Below, one piece after another: positions 26,250 through 41,157 of a stretch of DNA of 64,000 nt. The notes beneath the pieces are model-generated. The model ran no database searches, was not told the DNA's origin, and worked only from the letters and a program-made list of their open reading frames with translations. The DNA comes from Rhina ancylostomus. Lineage: Eukaryota. The translations under genes and the position numbers were made by a program. The stretch covers positions 31,092,957 through 31,156,956 of the forward strand of contig JARFYF010000001.1 in the NCBI GenBank assembly GCA_030265395.1, written 5' to 3'. How positions within the stretch are numbered: position 1 is the stretch's first letter; every line of letters starts with the position of its first letter.

Positions 26250-26792
26250 TAGAATGATGCTCTCATTTTGTATTGTTTTGGAAGAGTTAATGTATAATTC
26301 CTCCGCCATGCATTTTAAGCAATGGGACTACCTCGAAGTGTGTGTTAAATGGGAGGCTTGAAGGGAATGATCAAAGATAAATTAAACAATGGATAAATTC
26401 ATTAATTTTCCATGCAGTTGTTCAATTCCAGAGACAATTTGGAATGAGGTTAACACGAAAAGGAGTAAGTGCAATGCTGTAATTCATGGGTGGATGCACA
26501 AGTCGGGAAGATCTTGAGTTTGAGATTGGAGCTCTGCAGAGTTGCAGGAGGAGTGCTCCAAGTGCCCCCAGATCCCCTAAGTTTGGTAGGGAAGTAATCC
26601 AAGATACAAATTCCAAGCTTGTGAACGTTGGGCCATATTATCAAAGGCCATCATGTGTCTCCTTCATGCCAGTTCAGCTTGCTAGCATTCACACTATAAA
26701 GATGTTGGCATCCAGGAACAGTACTTCAACATAAAGAAGAAGGGAAACCAATAACCTTTTAAAAACTCTGAGTAAAGTTTAATAAAGCATAG

Positions 26793-27086
<294 letters not shown>

Positions 27087-27167
27087 TGAATGATCACCTT
27101 TCATAGAGTTATTATTTGTTTGAAACTAATCACAAAAGAGAAAATTTTACTTTTCAACTTCAATTCT

Positions 27168-27985
27168 CATAGAGCTGTACAGCACAGGAACAGGCCCTTC
27201 CACCCACCATGTCCATGCAGGCCATCAACAATCCATCTGTACTGATACCATTTGTCAGCACTTGGTCCATTGCCTTCTCTGCCTTGGTGATTCAACTGCT
27301 CAGATGGATACTTCATGATGTGAGAGGATTTGCCTGCACCACTTCCCAGGCAAGGCACAGGCATAATGGTCTTTACATTCCAGCCACCCTCTGGATGAAA
27401 AATAATTTCTTCAGATCCTCTCTATCCCCATCAACTAATTCAATGCCCGCTAGCTTTAGGCACCCTGAAAGAAGTGTCCTGACCCAAAACATTGACCGCC
27501 TCTTTTCTCAACAGATGCTGCCTGGCCTGCTGAGTTCCTCCAGCATCATCGTGTTTTTCATCTACGTTCCAGCATCTGCAATCTTTTGTTTCCCACAGTA
27601 ATCTAGCTGTAGCCTGTCCAGTGTTTTTTAAAGTTATACCATAACCTCCCTGCTTTTCTATATTCTCTGCCCCAGCAAATGTACACAAGTATCCCTTAAG
27701 CCTTTTTCAGCATCTCGTATACCTACGCTGCCACCTTTAGGGATCCTTGGATTTGTACAGCAGGGTCCCTCTGTTGGTCAATTATCCTTAGGGCCCAACC
27801 ATTGTTTGTGTACATCCTATGCTTTTTCTCATCCATTCAAAATGAATCATGCTGCACGTATCAGGATTAAACTCCACTTGCCATTGCTCTGCCCACCATA
27901 CCAACTGATCTGTATCGTCCTGTAGATGAAGACTGTCCTCCTTACTGTCAATAATACCACCAATATTGTGTCATCTGCAAACTGT
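27168..27985 (-). mobile_element. CR1 LINE remnant interrupted by a short plus-strand element (about 27460-27597)
   Basis: catagagctgtacagcacaggaacaggcc tail; QFADDT motif on minus strand; insert cagatgctgcctggcctgctgagttcctccagca. Confidence 0.7.
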
Positions 27986-29355
27986 TGGATCAATTTGAAG
28001 CATTTCATTCCAGGCAGCAGCAACTCGCAATGTAAAAAATAATTATTGTCTCTGATTTTATAGGTAATCAATTTATCAATTGTTTTGCCATTATGATCCC
28101 ATCTGAATTTTCCACTTTCTTTATGTAACTGAAGTTCCTCAGCCCTTTGGAATAACATTTTGTATTGCCTCCAAGACTGAACCTTGTTTGAAAACTAACC
28201 TCCTTCGTTTTTCACCCTACGCCTTCATCAATAAAGACAAAGAAACCCAATGAATTTTTCTTCTGAGTCTATTCTTCTTCCTTCATATTTTGGGTATTTA
28301 TACCTCTGCTTCCTGCTCTAATTTTAAAGCCATATTACTACTTCATTCTTCTGACCAAAGTGTATCATTCCACACAACTTTGCATTATACTTTACCACTC
28401 TGCTACCTCCTGAAGTCTGTTTAATATCCTGTTCATTGTCTACTACATTTTCAACTTGGGTGTCAATCATAACACCTACTCTGAATGCCTGTCCATTAAT
28501 ATATCTCAAAGAGGGAACCAGTCTAATCCCTGGAGAACACTACTGTATATTTCCTCCAGTTTAAAAATAATTGCTTGACACCATTCTCTGCTTTACCACT
28601 TTCAGGGGATTGAGGGGGTGTGGGGTCCTGGTGAGGGGAATGTTATGTGTTGAATGCTGCTGAGACTTAGTTTGTTTTTTTTGCATGTCTGATTAAAGGA
28701 ACAGTGAACCAGCGCATTTGTACAATGTGCCAACGTTGTCTTGTTTGTGACTTGTTTTCAGAGAACTATAATTAAATCTTTACTGAATTTCTGGTGTCCT
28801 ACTCTATTTTTAACTGGGTCATCAGTACCGATGATTGCATTTTGAGTTGAATGAATCACAATTAGAATAGATGTGATGTTTGAAACTGAGTTTTATGCTT
28901 GTTCCAAAAGGTATTAGTTTCTCTTTTTTCAGAAAAAAAAGATATAAAGGGTGTTGAGATTCTTAACTTTGCAGTTGTTTGTAACTGTAACCTTCTGTTA
29001 TCATTTCATGGATTGAGATCATGAAATTGTCCCAATGCATTGACACAGAAATCCTAAAAGTTGCAATGGAAGGTTCTGGAATGTTGGCAAACTGGAGTTG
29101 GTAACTTGTAGCAGTGTGTGGTGATCAGTTCTTTTCTCCATCTGTTGCAATTGAAATGATAACTGATGAGCTTAATTTCTGCTTTTCAAGTTCTGATTTC
29201 ATTTGTGGTAACAATCGCAAAACTTTATACTGGTTGATTTTAGAACTCTTAACTGTTTAATTTCTTTGTTCAATAAGTACAGCTGTACGCAACACTAGAA
29301 AATATTGTGTTTAACTGCAGCACACATTGTTAGTCACACATCAGAGGTATGTTGA

Positions 29356-29550
<195 letters not shown>

Positions 29551-30189
29551 TAGCAAAATCCAACTATATAGTTCATATATAAATTAATTGAAGATATTTG
29601 CTTTTGGAGATTTGAAGTACACTTCTTGCAACGACCGAAGTGAACAAGAGCACAGTCCTTTCCTTGTAATCAGATCTTGTAATCAGACCTGGCTGATGGA
29701 ATAAAAGTCTTTTGCCTCTGCATACCAAAGTTAATGCAAAATTAGTTTAAATGGCCTTGGCTGGGTTCCTGCTTAGTTCGTGTATGCAGCAAAATAACTG
29801 TTCAAATATATAATAGTAAATCAAGTTGTCATTTAATAAAAGGAATAATATGTTTATTTAACGTTCTCTAAACAAGCTCAAGAAGCACTTGCTGGGAAGG
29901 TGACAAAAATGGAAAAACATTGCCATGCATTGGCATCCTTCATCTTTCGTATGTAATTGGTAGATTAGTTTATTATTGTCACATGTACTGAGGTTCAGTG
30001 AAAAACTTTGTTTTGCCTGCTAACCATGCAGATCATTTCATCACATCAGTACATTGAGATAGTACAAGGGAAAAGCAATAACAAAATGCAGAATATAGTG
30101 TTAGTTGCAGACAAAATGCAGTGCATGCAGACGATAAGGTGTAAATGGATATTCTGACCCACAAAGCTCTTAAGCAGAAATATTGTACT

Positions 30190-32800
30190 ACTCGAATGCT
30201 CCAAATCTATCAGGTCTACAAAAACACAAGAAAGCAGGAACAGGAGGAGACCACCTGGATCATCAAGCATGACCTGCCATTCAGTATGATTATGGTTGAT
30301 CTGCCCCTGGTCTCAACTCCTGTTCCATGCCAGCTGCCCTTGGCCCACACTTCCCTGATATTGCAAACATTTATCAATCTCCTCTTTAAAAATCTCCCAT
30401 GGTTTAGCCTTTACAAACCTCCAGGACAGAGAATTCCAGAGATTCATCACCCTCTGCATGGGGAATCCTATGCACCTCAGATTTAAATGACAGCCAGCTC
30501 CCTTATAATGTAACCATTTCTCTCAATTGAGACTTTTCCACTTATGGAAACATCTCATTATTTACTCCTTTGGGATCACATGTACTACTTTCATGTAGTT
30601 AAGATCACCCCTCATTCTTCTAAACTCCAAAGAATACAGATCCAACATCTGTAGCCTCTCAATACAGGACATACCTTTTAACCCAGCAATGAGCCTGGGG
30701 TGAATCACTTTTGGACTGCCTCGAATGCCCCATTTTATCCCTTCATAAAAAGAGGACTAAAAATGTGCAGTGTTTCAGGTATGCATTCACTAACATTCTG
30801 TGCTATTGTTATAATACTTTGGTATTTCTAAATTCCAACCTCTTTTGCAATAAAAGCTAATTTGCAGTTTGTCTTCTTGAGGTATTATTGCACTTGCCAA
30901 CTTTCAGTGATGCATGTACAAGAACATCCACATCCCTCTCCAATTCACTCATTTGCAATCTCCACTTAGTTGATAGTCTGCCTTTTGATTCCTCTTACCA
31001 AAGTGCATGATTTTTACACTGTCCCACATTAAACCCCAATTGTCGGGTTTCGCCCATTCACCCAACCTACCAATACCCTACTGCACAGTCATGATATCTT
31101 CATGACAACATGCCCTTTCACCTGTTTTCATGTCATCAGCAAACTTTGATACCTTACATTCTGCTCCCTCTCCCGGTCATTCAAATGGTAAAGAACTGGG
31201 ATACTCCATGAGTAGCATTGGCCCAGCCTGAAGAAAAACGATTTTGTTCCAACTCTCTTCTGTTCTTGTTGACAACCAATTTTTAGTACAAAGGACCATA
31301 ATTCTCCCAATATGATGAGCTCTTGTGAACCAGCCTATTATATGGCACTTTTATCAAATGTCTTTTGGAAGTCCAAATACACTACATATACATTCCCCTC
31401 TATTGACCCTAGTTACATATTCAAAGAATTTGACTTTGTCAAATATGATTCCCTTTCATAAAATCCTGTGGCTTTGGTTTGATAATATGAAGCTTTTCTG
31501 ACTGATTAGCTATTTCTTAAATTGCTGATATTAACTTAATTCACCTGTGGTTTCCTGCCTTTTGTCTCCCTCCATTCTTGAACAGACCATCACTTTTTCT
31601 GTTTCCCAGTCCGATGGTGTCCTTCCAAAACTTGATGAGTTTTGGAAAAATTTCAACTGATGGTCCACCTTCTGTGCAGCCACTTTATTTAAAGCCGTTG
31701 CATCCTGGCAACTTGTCTGCCTTTAGTTCTGCTTGTTTTTCCACAACCTTGCCCCTCATCATCAGGATTGCTATTTGAAACTAGCCCAGCTGTTGTGTTT
31801 GGGATATTTGTAGTGTCCTTCACCATGAAGATTAGTTCAGTGTTTCCTGTTAGTAATTCCCCAGTCTGTTCCTCTAGCATTTCCACACTTACCTTGGCAA
31901 CTCTCCACCTTGTGTTTATTTTGATATAACAAGTCTGTTTTCTCTTAAAAATGAATTTTGTCCTTTCTTAATTATCTTTTGAGTCTCTCACTGTTGGTTC
32001 CTGAAAAATTCCCATTCCTCAGGTCTACCACTTGCCTTTACTTTGTGTTCTCTACTTCATTGTCAGTAACCAGATTTAATCTGCATGTTTTTGGGTAGAT
32101 TCTGTCACATACCACTCTAAGAAACAATCTCTGATGAACTCCACAAATCCCTCTGAAAAGATACCATTGCCTGTTTGATTTATCCAAACAATGTGCAAAT
32201 TGAAATCACCAATGATAATTGAAACTCCCTTTATAAATGTCTTTGCTATCTCCCCATTTATGCTTTATTCTGTCAAGAGGTAACATTTTGATAGACTATT
32301 CCCACCCATGTTATCTTTTCTCTTCTAATTGATTTATTTCCACCCACCCAATTTCACATCACAATCCATGTCATCTATACCACTACTCGATGCCACTCTG
32401 ATACCTTCCTTGAAGAACAATGCAATTCTGTCTCCTTTCTCCTTTTGCCTATTCTTTTGGAACATTCTGGAACGTCGATTTCCCTCCCCTGATCACCCTG
32501 CAACAATGTCTTTGTAGTAGCTATTGGATCTTACTAACATGTCATTATTTGCCCCATTAATTCACTTACCTGGTTGCAAATGATACATGTATTCACAAAG
32601 AGTCTTAAGTATTTTTCAGTTGTACTTACTCCAGATTCATTTTCTGATGCATGCTTTTGCTTATATTTTCTGCCCCTTCTGGTCACGGTCACACATTGAT
32701 TCTCATTCTCCCCCTCTTTGCCCTGTGCCCCTCTCTCTTATTTCTTTTTGAGATTTTACAATTCCCATCCCTGGAACCCTCTCTTCCCTCACCCCCTCAA
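30190..32800 (-). mobile_element. Long, highly decayed CR1-type LINE
   Basis: Scattered CR1 motifs (catgtcatcagcaaactttgatacc = KFADD on minus; ttttatcaaatgtcttttggaagtccaa = LDFQKTFDK). Confidence 0.6.
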
Positions 32801-33004
32801 GTCGGTAAGCCTGGATCAACTTTGGATGCTGGAAACATGAAATAAATGCACAGAATGCCATAAATACTCCACAGATCAGGCAGCATCTGCAGTGAGAGAA
32901 ATTGCATTAATGATTCAGGTCAGTCACTTCTCATTAGAGCACAGAAGCATTTAGGATTAAAAGGATATAAGAAATGGGGAAAGAAGATAACAGGAGAGAA
33001 CAAA

Positions 33005-33312
33005 GTGAATGGGGACACAGCCTCAAGATTCATGGAAATAGATTTAAGATAGAGATGAGGACCTGCTTTTCCCAGAGACGAGTGAATCTGTGGAATTCTC
33101 TGCCCAGGGAAGCAGTAGAGGCTACCTCATTAAATATATTTAAGACACAGTTAGATCAATTTTTTTTTCTTAGTAGAGGAATTAAGGGTTGTGGGGAAAA
33201 GGCAGGTAGGTGGATCTGAGTCCACAGCCAGATCAGCCATGATCTTATTGAATGGTGGAGCAAGCTCAACAGACCATATGGCCAATTGCTGCTCTTATTT
33301 TTTATATTCTTA
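33005..33312 (+). mobile_element. Relatively young CR1 LINE 3' end, followed by a minus-strand CR1 RT fragment (33313-33440)
   Basis: GHSLKIHG..FSQRRVNLWNSLPREAVEATSLNIFK; 3' UTR agatcagccatgatcttattgaatgg. Confidence 0.8.
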
Positions 33313-34670
33313 AATACCATCTGCCATTCCTTGGCCCACTTTCCAGTTGATCTAGATCCTGTTGTAATCTTAGATAACCTTCTTCATATTCCATTATTAC
33401 CACCTATGTTGGTGTCATCCGCAAACTTACTAACCATGCTACAAGGAGGTGCTGCTGTGAAGTGTGTATCTGATGTAGAAAGTGTGTCATTGGTGCAAGA
33501 ATGATTCAACTATTGGAGTACCTGGCCAATTTTCTGGATTGATCTAATTTGATTGTAGGCCATTGTAATTGCATTCCTCTACCAAAAAATAATAGTGTTT
33601 AGAAAAAGAGTGCTGTACAATCAAATTTCTATATGTGATTCTCTGACAGTTCTGGCTAAGTTGAGGGCTGTCAAATCATTTTATGTGGAATGGGCTTGTT
33701 TTTGCAATCTCACCTGGTACCATAATGGCATAGAAAGATTAACTAGTGCACCAGCAAAATGACGAAGTCCTGTTGTCTCATTTACATAGTTGTTCTGGTG
33801 CCACCCATGTTAAAGGGGCTTACTTTTGAGCAGTTGAAAGATCCATTTCGAGTGGACGTAAAATGAACATTTTGCTGGATAGATGGAGGCAATGTGCACC
33901 TTTGTCGCTCTGCCCCATTATACCAAGGTTCTATTGCAGGTGAGTTACCCAAAAGGTAACAAGAAAGTTATTTTTGTTGGGCCAGAAGAATGTCACATTC
34001 TTGATGTAAGAAAGAAGTAAACCAATGTCATCCCTCAATAGTGAACCCATTTTCCTGCCAACTAGCCTTCAATCTGTCTGGTATTAAATAGGCCTTGAGC
34101 CCAGAGCCAATAAACAGCAGAGGGGTTCTTGTTTCACGTTCTCAGAAAATGGCCTAGATCTCCTGTCAGCAGGATCTTTCTGCCATTGATTGGCCTTCAT
34201 TCATTAAAGACTACTACCTCTCTGCCCATATTTATCTCTTTTCTATGCTCTCTCTCTCTTTGTGTGTTCTCTCTTCCTTCATCCCTCTTAGTGATCCTCT
34301 TAATTAAGATCCTCTTAATGATGTCAACAAAATATAAGGTGCAAAAGGTGTACAATCAGTACTCTCTTTGTTGTTCCGAAGCATTTAGATCTTTTATAAG
34401 GTTAGAAGGTTGCAGGAAAGGTTAATCTTCCTATTTCACCCAACATGGGCCAAGAAAGCAGAGTCACAAGACCTGAGCTGATGTTATTTTGCTGTTCACT
34501 CAGGGATGTGAAAGATTATTTGTGTTTTTGTAAAAGTAATTAACATTTCAAAATTATGCACTGTCAAATACACCTTATTGTTTAAAATGAATTATAAATT
34601 CTGACATAGGGTGTTATTTTTCAGTCTTTCTCAAGGTTTTTTTAAATATTTGCAACCCTTTTCTTTAAAG

Positions 34671-34779
34671 CATTGGCTAACATTCAAGGGGCATCACAAG
34701 GCAGACAAGCAAAGGAAGCAATATTTAATCAAAAGGTCAACAGTAATGTTATGCTGGAGCAAGCTAACCAATTACAATG
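34671..34779 (+). CDS. CFAP221: CFAP221 coding exon 10 (ALANIQGASQGRQAKEAIFNQKVNSNVMLEQANQLQW)
   Basis: ttctttaaag| ... |gtaagt, 109 bp, phase 1->2; joins exon 9 exactly (G+CA=Ala). Confidence 0.92.
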
Positions 34780-35034
34780 GTAAGTGAAAGTTAAAGTAGG
34801 AATTGTACCAATTTATATCGTTACTTGAAATGTGAAATGCCTTCCAAATATGATATTGATTGTAATTTTATTTTAATTTCAATGTATTGTTCAAAAATAC
34901 CATTTGATTGATAGTTAACTTAGAAGTACTCATTTTTACTTATATTTTATCTATTCACTACAGTTTCCAGTTATTTTTCTTCAATTTGCAGCTTCTCTAG
35001 AGATTACACTAAACATTTTTGTATTATCTTTCAG

Positions 35035-35122
35035 GCAGTCGCACCTTGGTAGAGATCCCATTTCTCCTAAAGCTAAGCAGTTGATTCTGGAAAATAGACA
35101 ACTAGCGGATGAAGAGTACAAG
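35035..35122 (+). CDS. CFAP221: CFAP221 coding exon 11 (QSHLGRDPISPKAKQLILENRQLADEEYK)
   Basis: atctttcag| ... |gtttga, 88 bp, phase 2->0. Confidence 0.92.
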
Positions 35123-38100
35123 GTTTGACATAATTTCTTGCTGCATACATAAATTTAACAATAGCTGTTCAAACATGAGGCCAAACATCATCTACTCTTC
35201 ACACAAGACCCAAGGAAAATGTGGAACTAGTGTAAAATAGCATAAAGCCACTGCCCTGGTTATTCTGTCATTTCAGTATGGCTTGCACCACTGAACATTG
35301 CAGCTCCATATTGATGTAAATATGACATAAATTATTTTGTGAGTAAAATCAAGAAATGGAAACATAAACTCAATTGAACATTGAAAATATACGCACAATG
35401 AGAGAAACTTAAGAATCTGGATTTCCTGAAAATGCATTTGCAGATAAATTAAGCAGTAAAAATGACCGGTAGCATTTGAGTTTAAAATTAAGGCCATTGA
35501 TTCCACAATTGAAGAGATAACAATAAATCTCTGTGTCAGTAATTGGGCAATATAGAATTTCATGCAGTTTTGGGCAACATATTAAATGAGAGACATAAAG
35601 ACATAGAGAGTATGTGGCATAATTCATCAAACTTTGTCTGAAATAGTAAACCACATTTTAAAGAAAAAATAATGCTTAAAATTATTTAACAATTTGATAA
35701 GGGAATAGGAAAAGAACAGGTTTTTTGGTTGAGAAATCAATGGTAAGATTAGGGAATTTAAAATCTTGACTAAGAAGGTGAACAATGAAATGAAGACATA
35801 TTTTTGCACGATGTGGAATGCTTTATCACACAGACACGCTGAGATAGAAACTATAGCTCTTTATGAGAAAAGTAGACAAATACTTAAAACAACCTTTGTA
35901 ATTACAGGAAGAGAATAAGGCAATGGGATTTTTAGGCTGAAGTATTAATGAGCCACACAGATGAAACACAAAAAGAAATTCAACATAATTTCTCCTGTTT
36001 ATTTGGCGCGTTATTAGAAATAGTGGATAAATCTTGTATGGTGATTTTTCCACCTATTGTTCCCAATACGACTTTTAATTTTATCGTATGCCCTGGTATA
36101 ACAGGCATTAGGAATGCAAAGTGGAATAGATGTGGTGCTCAAAAAGGAGTACGAATTGGAGGAGCTTCTGCTCCATCTGTTCTGCCTATTTTTTGAGATC
36201 TTAAAAGAACCATCGAAGGGCACAAAAACACAGCCAGAAAATGTTGCTATTGTTGCATTCTATGAAGACAGTGCTCCTCCGAGCTCCACAAACATTCTAC
36301 CAACTGTTGCTAGTGTGAGCTAGGAGGAGCACTGTCTTCATAGAATGCAACAATAGCAACATTTTCTGGCTGCATTTTTATATCTATCAAGCTTCTAAGG
36401 CCTTGTGTGCTAAATTGACATTTCATTAACATGAAATTCTTTTTGGCTGCATTTTATTTCTTCTAAAGAGAAAAATTATCTCCCCTGTGCTGTAAAAATC
36501 TATGCTTTTAAAGGCACCAGCTAATGACCATCACAACTCATAATGTAAATAAAAGTGAAAATCAGTATGTTTCCAACAGGTAGGCCAGAAAGTAGCAAGG
36601 GAGTTGAAATACATTACTCTTTTTACATCAACAAACTGAAATCTCACCAATCTTCGAAAGTGAGCTTCAATTTAATTCATTCATCTAACTGGGCAAATAT
36701 ATCAAGTGCATTATTGGTGGAATTATTATCTACAGAGTATTGATATTTCATTTCCTTTACAAAAGTATGATTATTTGGCATAGTTTCATAATATTTGATA
36801 GAAATTTTACTGACCCTCTATATTCTCATCAACTGTTGAAAATTATAATCTTGAGGGGAAATTGAATAACTCAAGAAAATATGCTGTGGAAATGATTTGC
36901 ACAATTTACCTGCCAAATTCTGTTAAGACACACATAAAGTTCAAGTTCCCAACTCATTACTATGATTGCAGTATCCAGCCAACACTAACCAAGCTGCTTA
37001 TTGTATTGTCACATATCTATGGGCTGCCATTTCATGAGTGGTAGCATAAAGTGAAGTTGATGTCACTCACTAAAATAAGCAAGCATCTTTTAAAGCAGAG
37101 TTATTTTGTGGATGGAAATGGTGATGATTTCTCTGGAGGTTTTGGAATTTTCCTGGAAGCCATAATGAAACACAGAGAGGTGATGCACCCCTATTTTCTT
37201 GAAATATGCCTTAGTGGACAAAAGGGAGGAGTGGACCAAAGTCATCTTTGGGGTACATGCTTACATTGAGGCTTGAAGGAACATAACAAGAAAAAAAAAC
37301 AGTGGAACAGAAAAATCTAGATGTTTGAAGGGTAGAATGATGAAATCTAAGTAAATCTAGAGAAGACATCTGTGACATTATAGCTGACTGTCACTAATTC
37401 TTTTGTGTCGCCTGTTTAATTTCCATCTCCTCAACAAAGATCTGTAATTTGGCTTGCCAGCACTAAAAAAACTATAATATTTTTAAAATAATTTAAAAAT
37501 TTAAAATAAAAAATTCCAAAAACACTTACTTACCATATAATCTTAAAATGAAATGAGTTATGGAAATGTTATTTTAATGTTGGACTACAGCAGACATTGA
37601 GCCCTAATTTCATTTTGGCACAGTCACATTCAGAAAGGCTAGTGGGGCACGGAAGGGTGAGGGGTAGAAATGGTAGGGGGAAGAGGAAGAAAGAAATGAT
37701 AAAAATTATTGTATGGTTTTGAATTTAAACAAAGCATCGCATTGGAGCAAACCAGAGAAAATTTTACTTTTCTTTGATAACTATTGCCATTATTAAATGG
37801 TACATTCATTTCAACAGGGAAGTTTGAAAATGGTGTGAAAAATAAAAATGTGTGTAGTACAGCTGTTTTAAGGATAGAACTAAAGCATACTGATGGAGCA
37901 CTGTAAGGCAGTGTTCGGTTGATTTGTAACATACTGTATCTAACACTGTGTACTAAAAGTGAAAGAATGTTTAATACCAACATGCTTCATTTTGATAAGC
38001 ACATCAATACATCATCAAGTAAAACTTCAATTCCCTTGAAAAGAAATAACTTAAATCCAGCAGTGTAAATTCCAGGAAAGAGAGAAGAACAGACGTGAAG

Positions 38101-38697
38101 AATTACTTAAAACTTTGATTCTTGTAATATGGATTAAGTACAGCTTCTTTCTTTAGCCTATTAACACAAAAAGTCAGTATGACCCTGTTTACAAAGTTGT
38201 GGATTGTCAGTACACAAGCCAATGAAACCCATCTGAGACATGTTAATTCAGGAAGGTCATTACTGTAGCAGATAAGATAAATGAACCATTTTCTATGAAA
38301 TGAAATGCAGCATGTACAACAGATAACTGCTTATTTCGGATGTGTATGAAATGGCTAAGAATGTGTGATTCAGACTGCATTTGTTCCTTTTTTTTTGCTC
38401 TGTGGTTATACATAGATAAAAATCAGTGCCAGAAATTATGTGCAAAAATGAAATGTGAAGCCAGTATATATCTGAAAATAATTGGAGCAATGATAAGAAG
38501 GTCATAGAATCACATGAGAATATCTTCTATAAAGTTTGTCTCAATTTCTCTGTAAAGTAAATGTTTTAAAATTTGTCCAATAATGGCTTTCTAGCTGTTG
38601 GAACTCCTGTCTCCACTCTCTGGGATAGAAATTTCATTTGCTTTGTCTTCACAAATTAATTTTTATCTTCCATCTATAAATTATTGTTCTTTTCAAG

Positions 38698-38935
38698 CCA
38701 CTTGGTAGCAGTACAACTTATAAGTCAAAAGGCTTATATTTCAATCCCCATTTGGGAACTTCTGTATATAATGTGGCCTATCACTCAATATCGAGTTTGG
38801 AAAATGCAGTTTCTTTGAAGTTCCTGGTATTCAGATGAGATGTACAACCATGACCTCATATACTGACTGTAGTGGTTCCATTTGGTTAAAAATCCCAAGA
38901 CACTTTTTGAAGAATAAAAGAAAAAAAAGAGTGGA
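38698..38935 (+). mobile_element. Ancient DeuSINE/AmnSINE-like element
   Basis: ttggtagca..aagtcaaaagg..ttcaatcccca head; ttcagatgagatgtacaacc..aaaaatccca..cactttttgaagaa core, resembling recalled Deu-domain consensus. Confidence 0.45.
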
Positions 38936-39689
38936 AATAATGGCCAAGATCTTCCTGGGAAATGGCAGCAGTTCCACTTGGAATGCTTTGGCAATGTCTT
39001 GCTGTTTTCCAGCAGTTATGCTGGAAAGTAGCCATCCAGTAATCTATTCATTTCAGTGGAGACAAGTTACTATGTGCAAAAGAGGTAGGTTTCAGTTAAT
39101 TTACATTTTTGGTGTAAGTTATATTTAAAAAATAAATGCAATTCATTTACATTTTTTCTTGTGATTTAAATATTTCATTTTTTTACTTTTTGTAATCCTT
39201 TACATTTTCAATTATTTTGTGGCATGATTAATATTTAACAATTTAATGTTTGTGAATGTCAAAGACAATTGCAATCATTCAAATTGCTTGAAGCTTTGAC
39301 TGCTGGTTAAAGTTGAATGAGTTGCTTAACCAATTGTCAAAGTATTTCTGTCAGCAGAGCTTGCTCAACCCCTACCATTTGATGTCATTGCCACTGGGGA
39401 GCCCTTGCACTTCACAGGGCTATGCTAACCATGTCAGAACCAGTTTTGTGGACTAAGTTGCCACCTGGTAATAGCAGACCTAGCAAGTTGGGGAGCAGCC
39501 GACTTGCTGTTTCCAGGTAATTACAAGCCAATACATAAATAAAGCAAAAATGGAAGTAAAGTGAAGGCAAACAAAGACAAATAATTCATATTAGAACAGT
39601 ACACATAAATTGCTGTCTCACACAGAAGTGTCATTTGGTGTAGAATGATATAATTAATTAGTTAAGTCGAGTACCGTAATTTTTTTATT

Positions 39690-40020
39690 CATTCCTTGGA
39701 GTGGATATTAGTTCTAATGCCAGCATTCATTGTTACAACCCTAATTGCTCTAAAGAGAGGAAGCAGTCAAGAGTCATATTTGTTGGTTTGGAGTCCTATA
39801 AGTAAGGATGGTAGATTTCCTGTCTTGAAGAAAATTAGTGAACCAGGTAGCATTTTACAAAAATTCAATAGTTTCATGGTTACCACAGCTGATACTATTT
39901 TTTTAATTCCACATTTTTTAGAATATTTTGAACTTAAATATGTTAACTTCCATGATAGAATTCAAACCGATGTCTCTGGACCAGTTGTCCAATAACTTAA
40001 CCACTAGGCTAACTACCATT
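39690..40020 (-). mobile_element. Old tRNA-derived SINE with L2-like tail (same family as 59115-59455 and 12147-12330)
   Basis: ggtagatttcc..aattagtgaaccag..gtttcatggttacca..aataacttaaccactaggcta. Confidence 0.55.
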
Positions 40021-41157
40021 TTGCATTCTTCAGACATAAAGGGAACAAAAAATGTGTGAATAGCTAAGGATGATAGAACAAAATTAAATGGCAAGAGATG
40101 GGAAATATAGAAAACACAGTTAAAATTAAAACAGATTTGAAAATTAAAATATAGCTAAAGCCTAAATTTATTAATACCTGTGCGTGTAGTAGGTTTTGCA
40201 GAATGTCTGTGAATAAGGTGGAATACTGTTCATGAAATTTGATAGTGAGGCCAAAATGGAGAGAATTAGTGTGGCAAGACACAGATAAGACAGGAATGAA
40301 ATAAGACAGAAGTGATGATTTAATTTGTCTAATTAACAAAGAACTAATGGTCATTGCCTATTTGTAGAAAAATGGCATGCTTGTAATGAAGGAGGCTGTG
40401 CACCTTAAGCACTTAACACAATGGAGGGCATACTTTGTTCTTGCTCATGCTCAACTAGTCTATTATCAAGCATGTAGGTAGTTGTCTCTTACACCTATTT
40501 TCCAGAGTCAACCTGAACAAATCTGGATGGAATATAACCAGTCAAGGCCCACAGAGTAGCACAACCCAGAATTTCTTAAAGGCAATTTAAGATTGAGTAA
40601 ACACGAGAAATACAAAATCATAATAGCATGTCATAAGAGGTTTGTATCAAATTAGCAACAATTGTATGATGTAAGATGATACAAATTACAGTACACTGAT
40701 ATGACCTACGTTTGTACAGACAATCTCTTATTAGCACAGAGCCAATCAGGTAGAGATGAGCGTATGATCTGTCAATATCACCAGCCCTGCATGATCACCT
40801 TCTATCCTCTACCTCCACCAAGGCCTGGGGTCCTGTACTGTGGGAATAACTGTCTCCACTTCTGCAACCTCCCAATGGGGGCCTTGGTGGGATCTGTTAA
40901 GTTTCTTATAAACATGGGGTCCTGCATACACTCAATTCCAATTATTCACTGACATGGGCACTCCAGTGGGATATCCTTCCAATCTCAAATCTATCATCCT
41001 GCTTGTTTTTCCTGCAGACCTGCAGGACTAACTGCTAATTAGACTGGGAGTAGTATCATCGCTGATGTTACTCATGAAAAGATTAAATGACTATGCTATT
41101 CATCAGTATAACTCTTCTATTCCTTCTGCAAATGTTATTCACACTTTAACATTGGAT

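Noticed and set aside
40735-40895. CCAAT box plus 11-bp inverted repeat (ccaccaaggcc/ggccttggtgg) as an internal promoter or LTR
   Set aside because: Motifs are too short to exceed chance; no TG..CA termini or other support.
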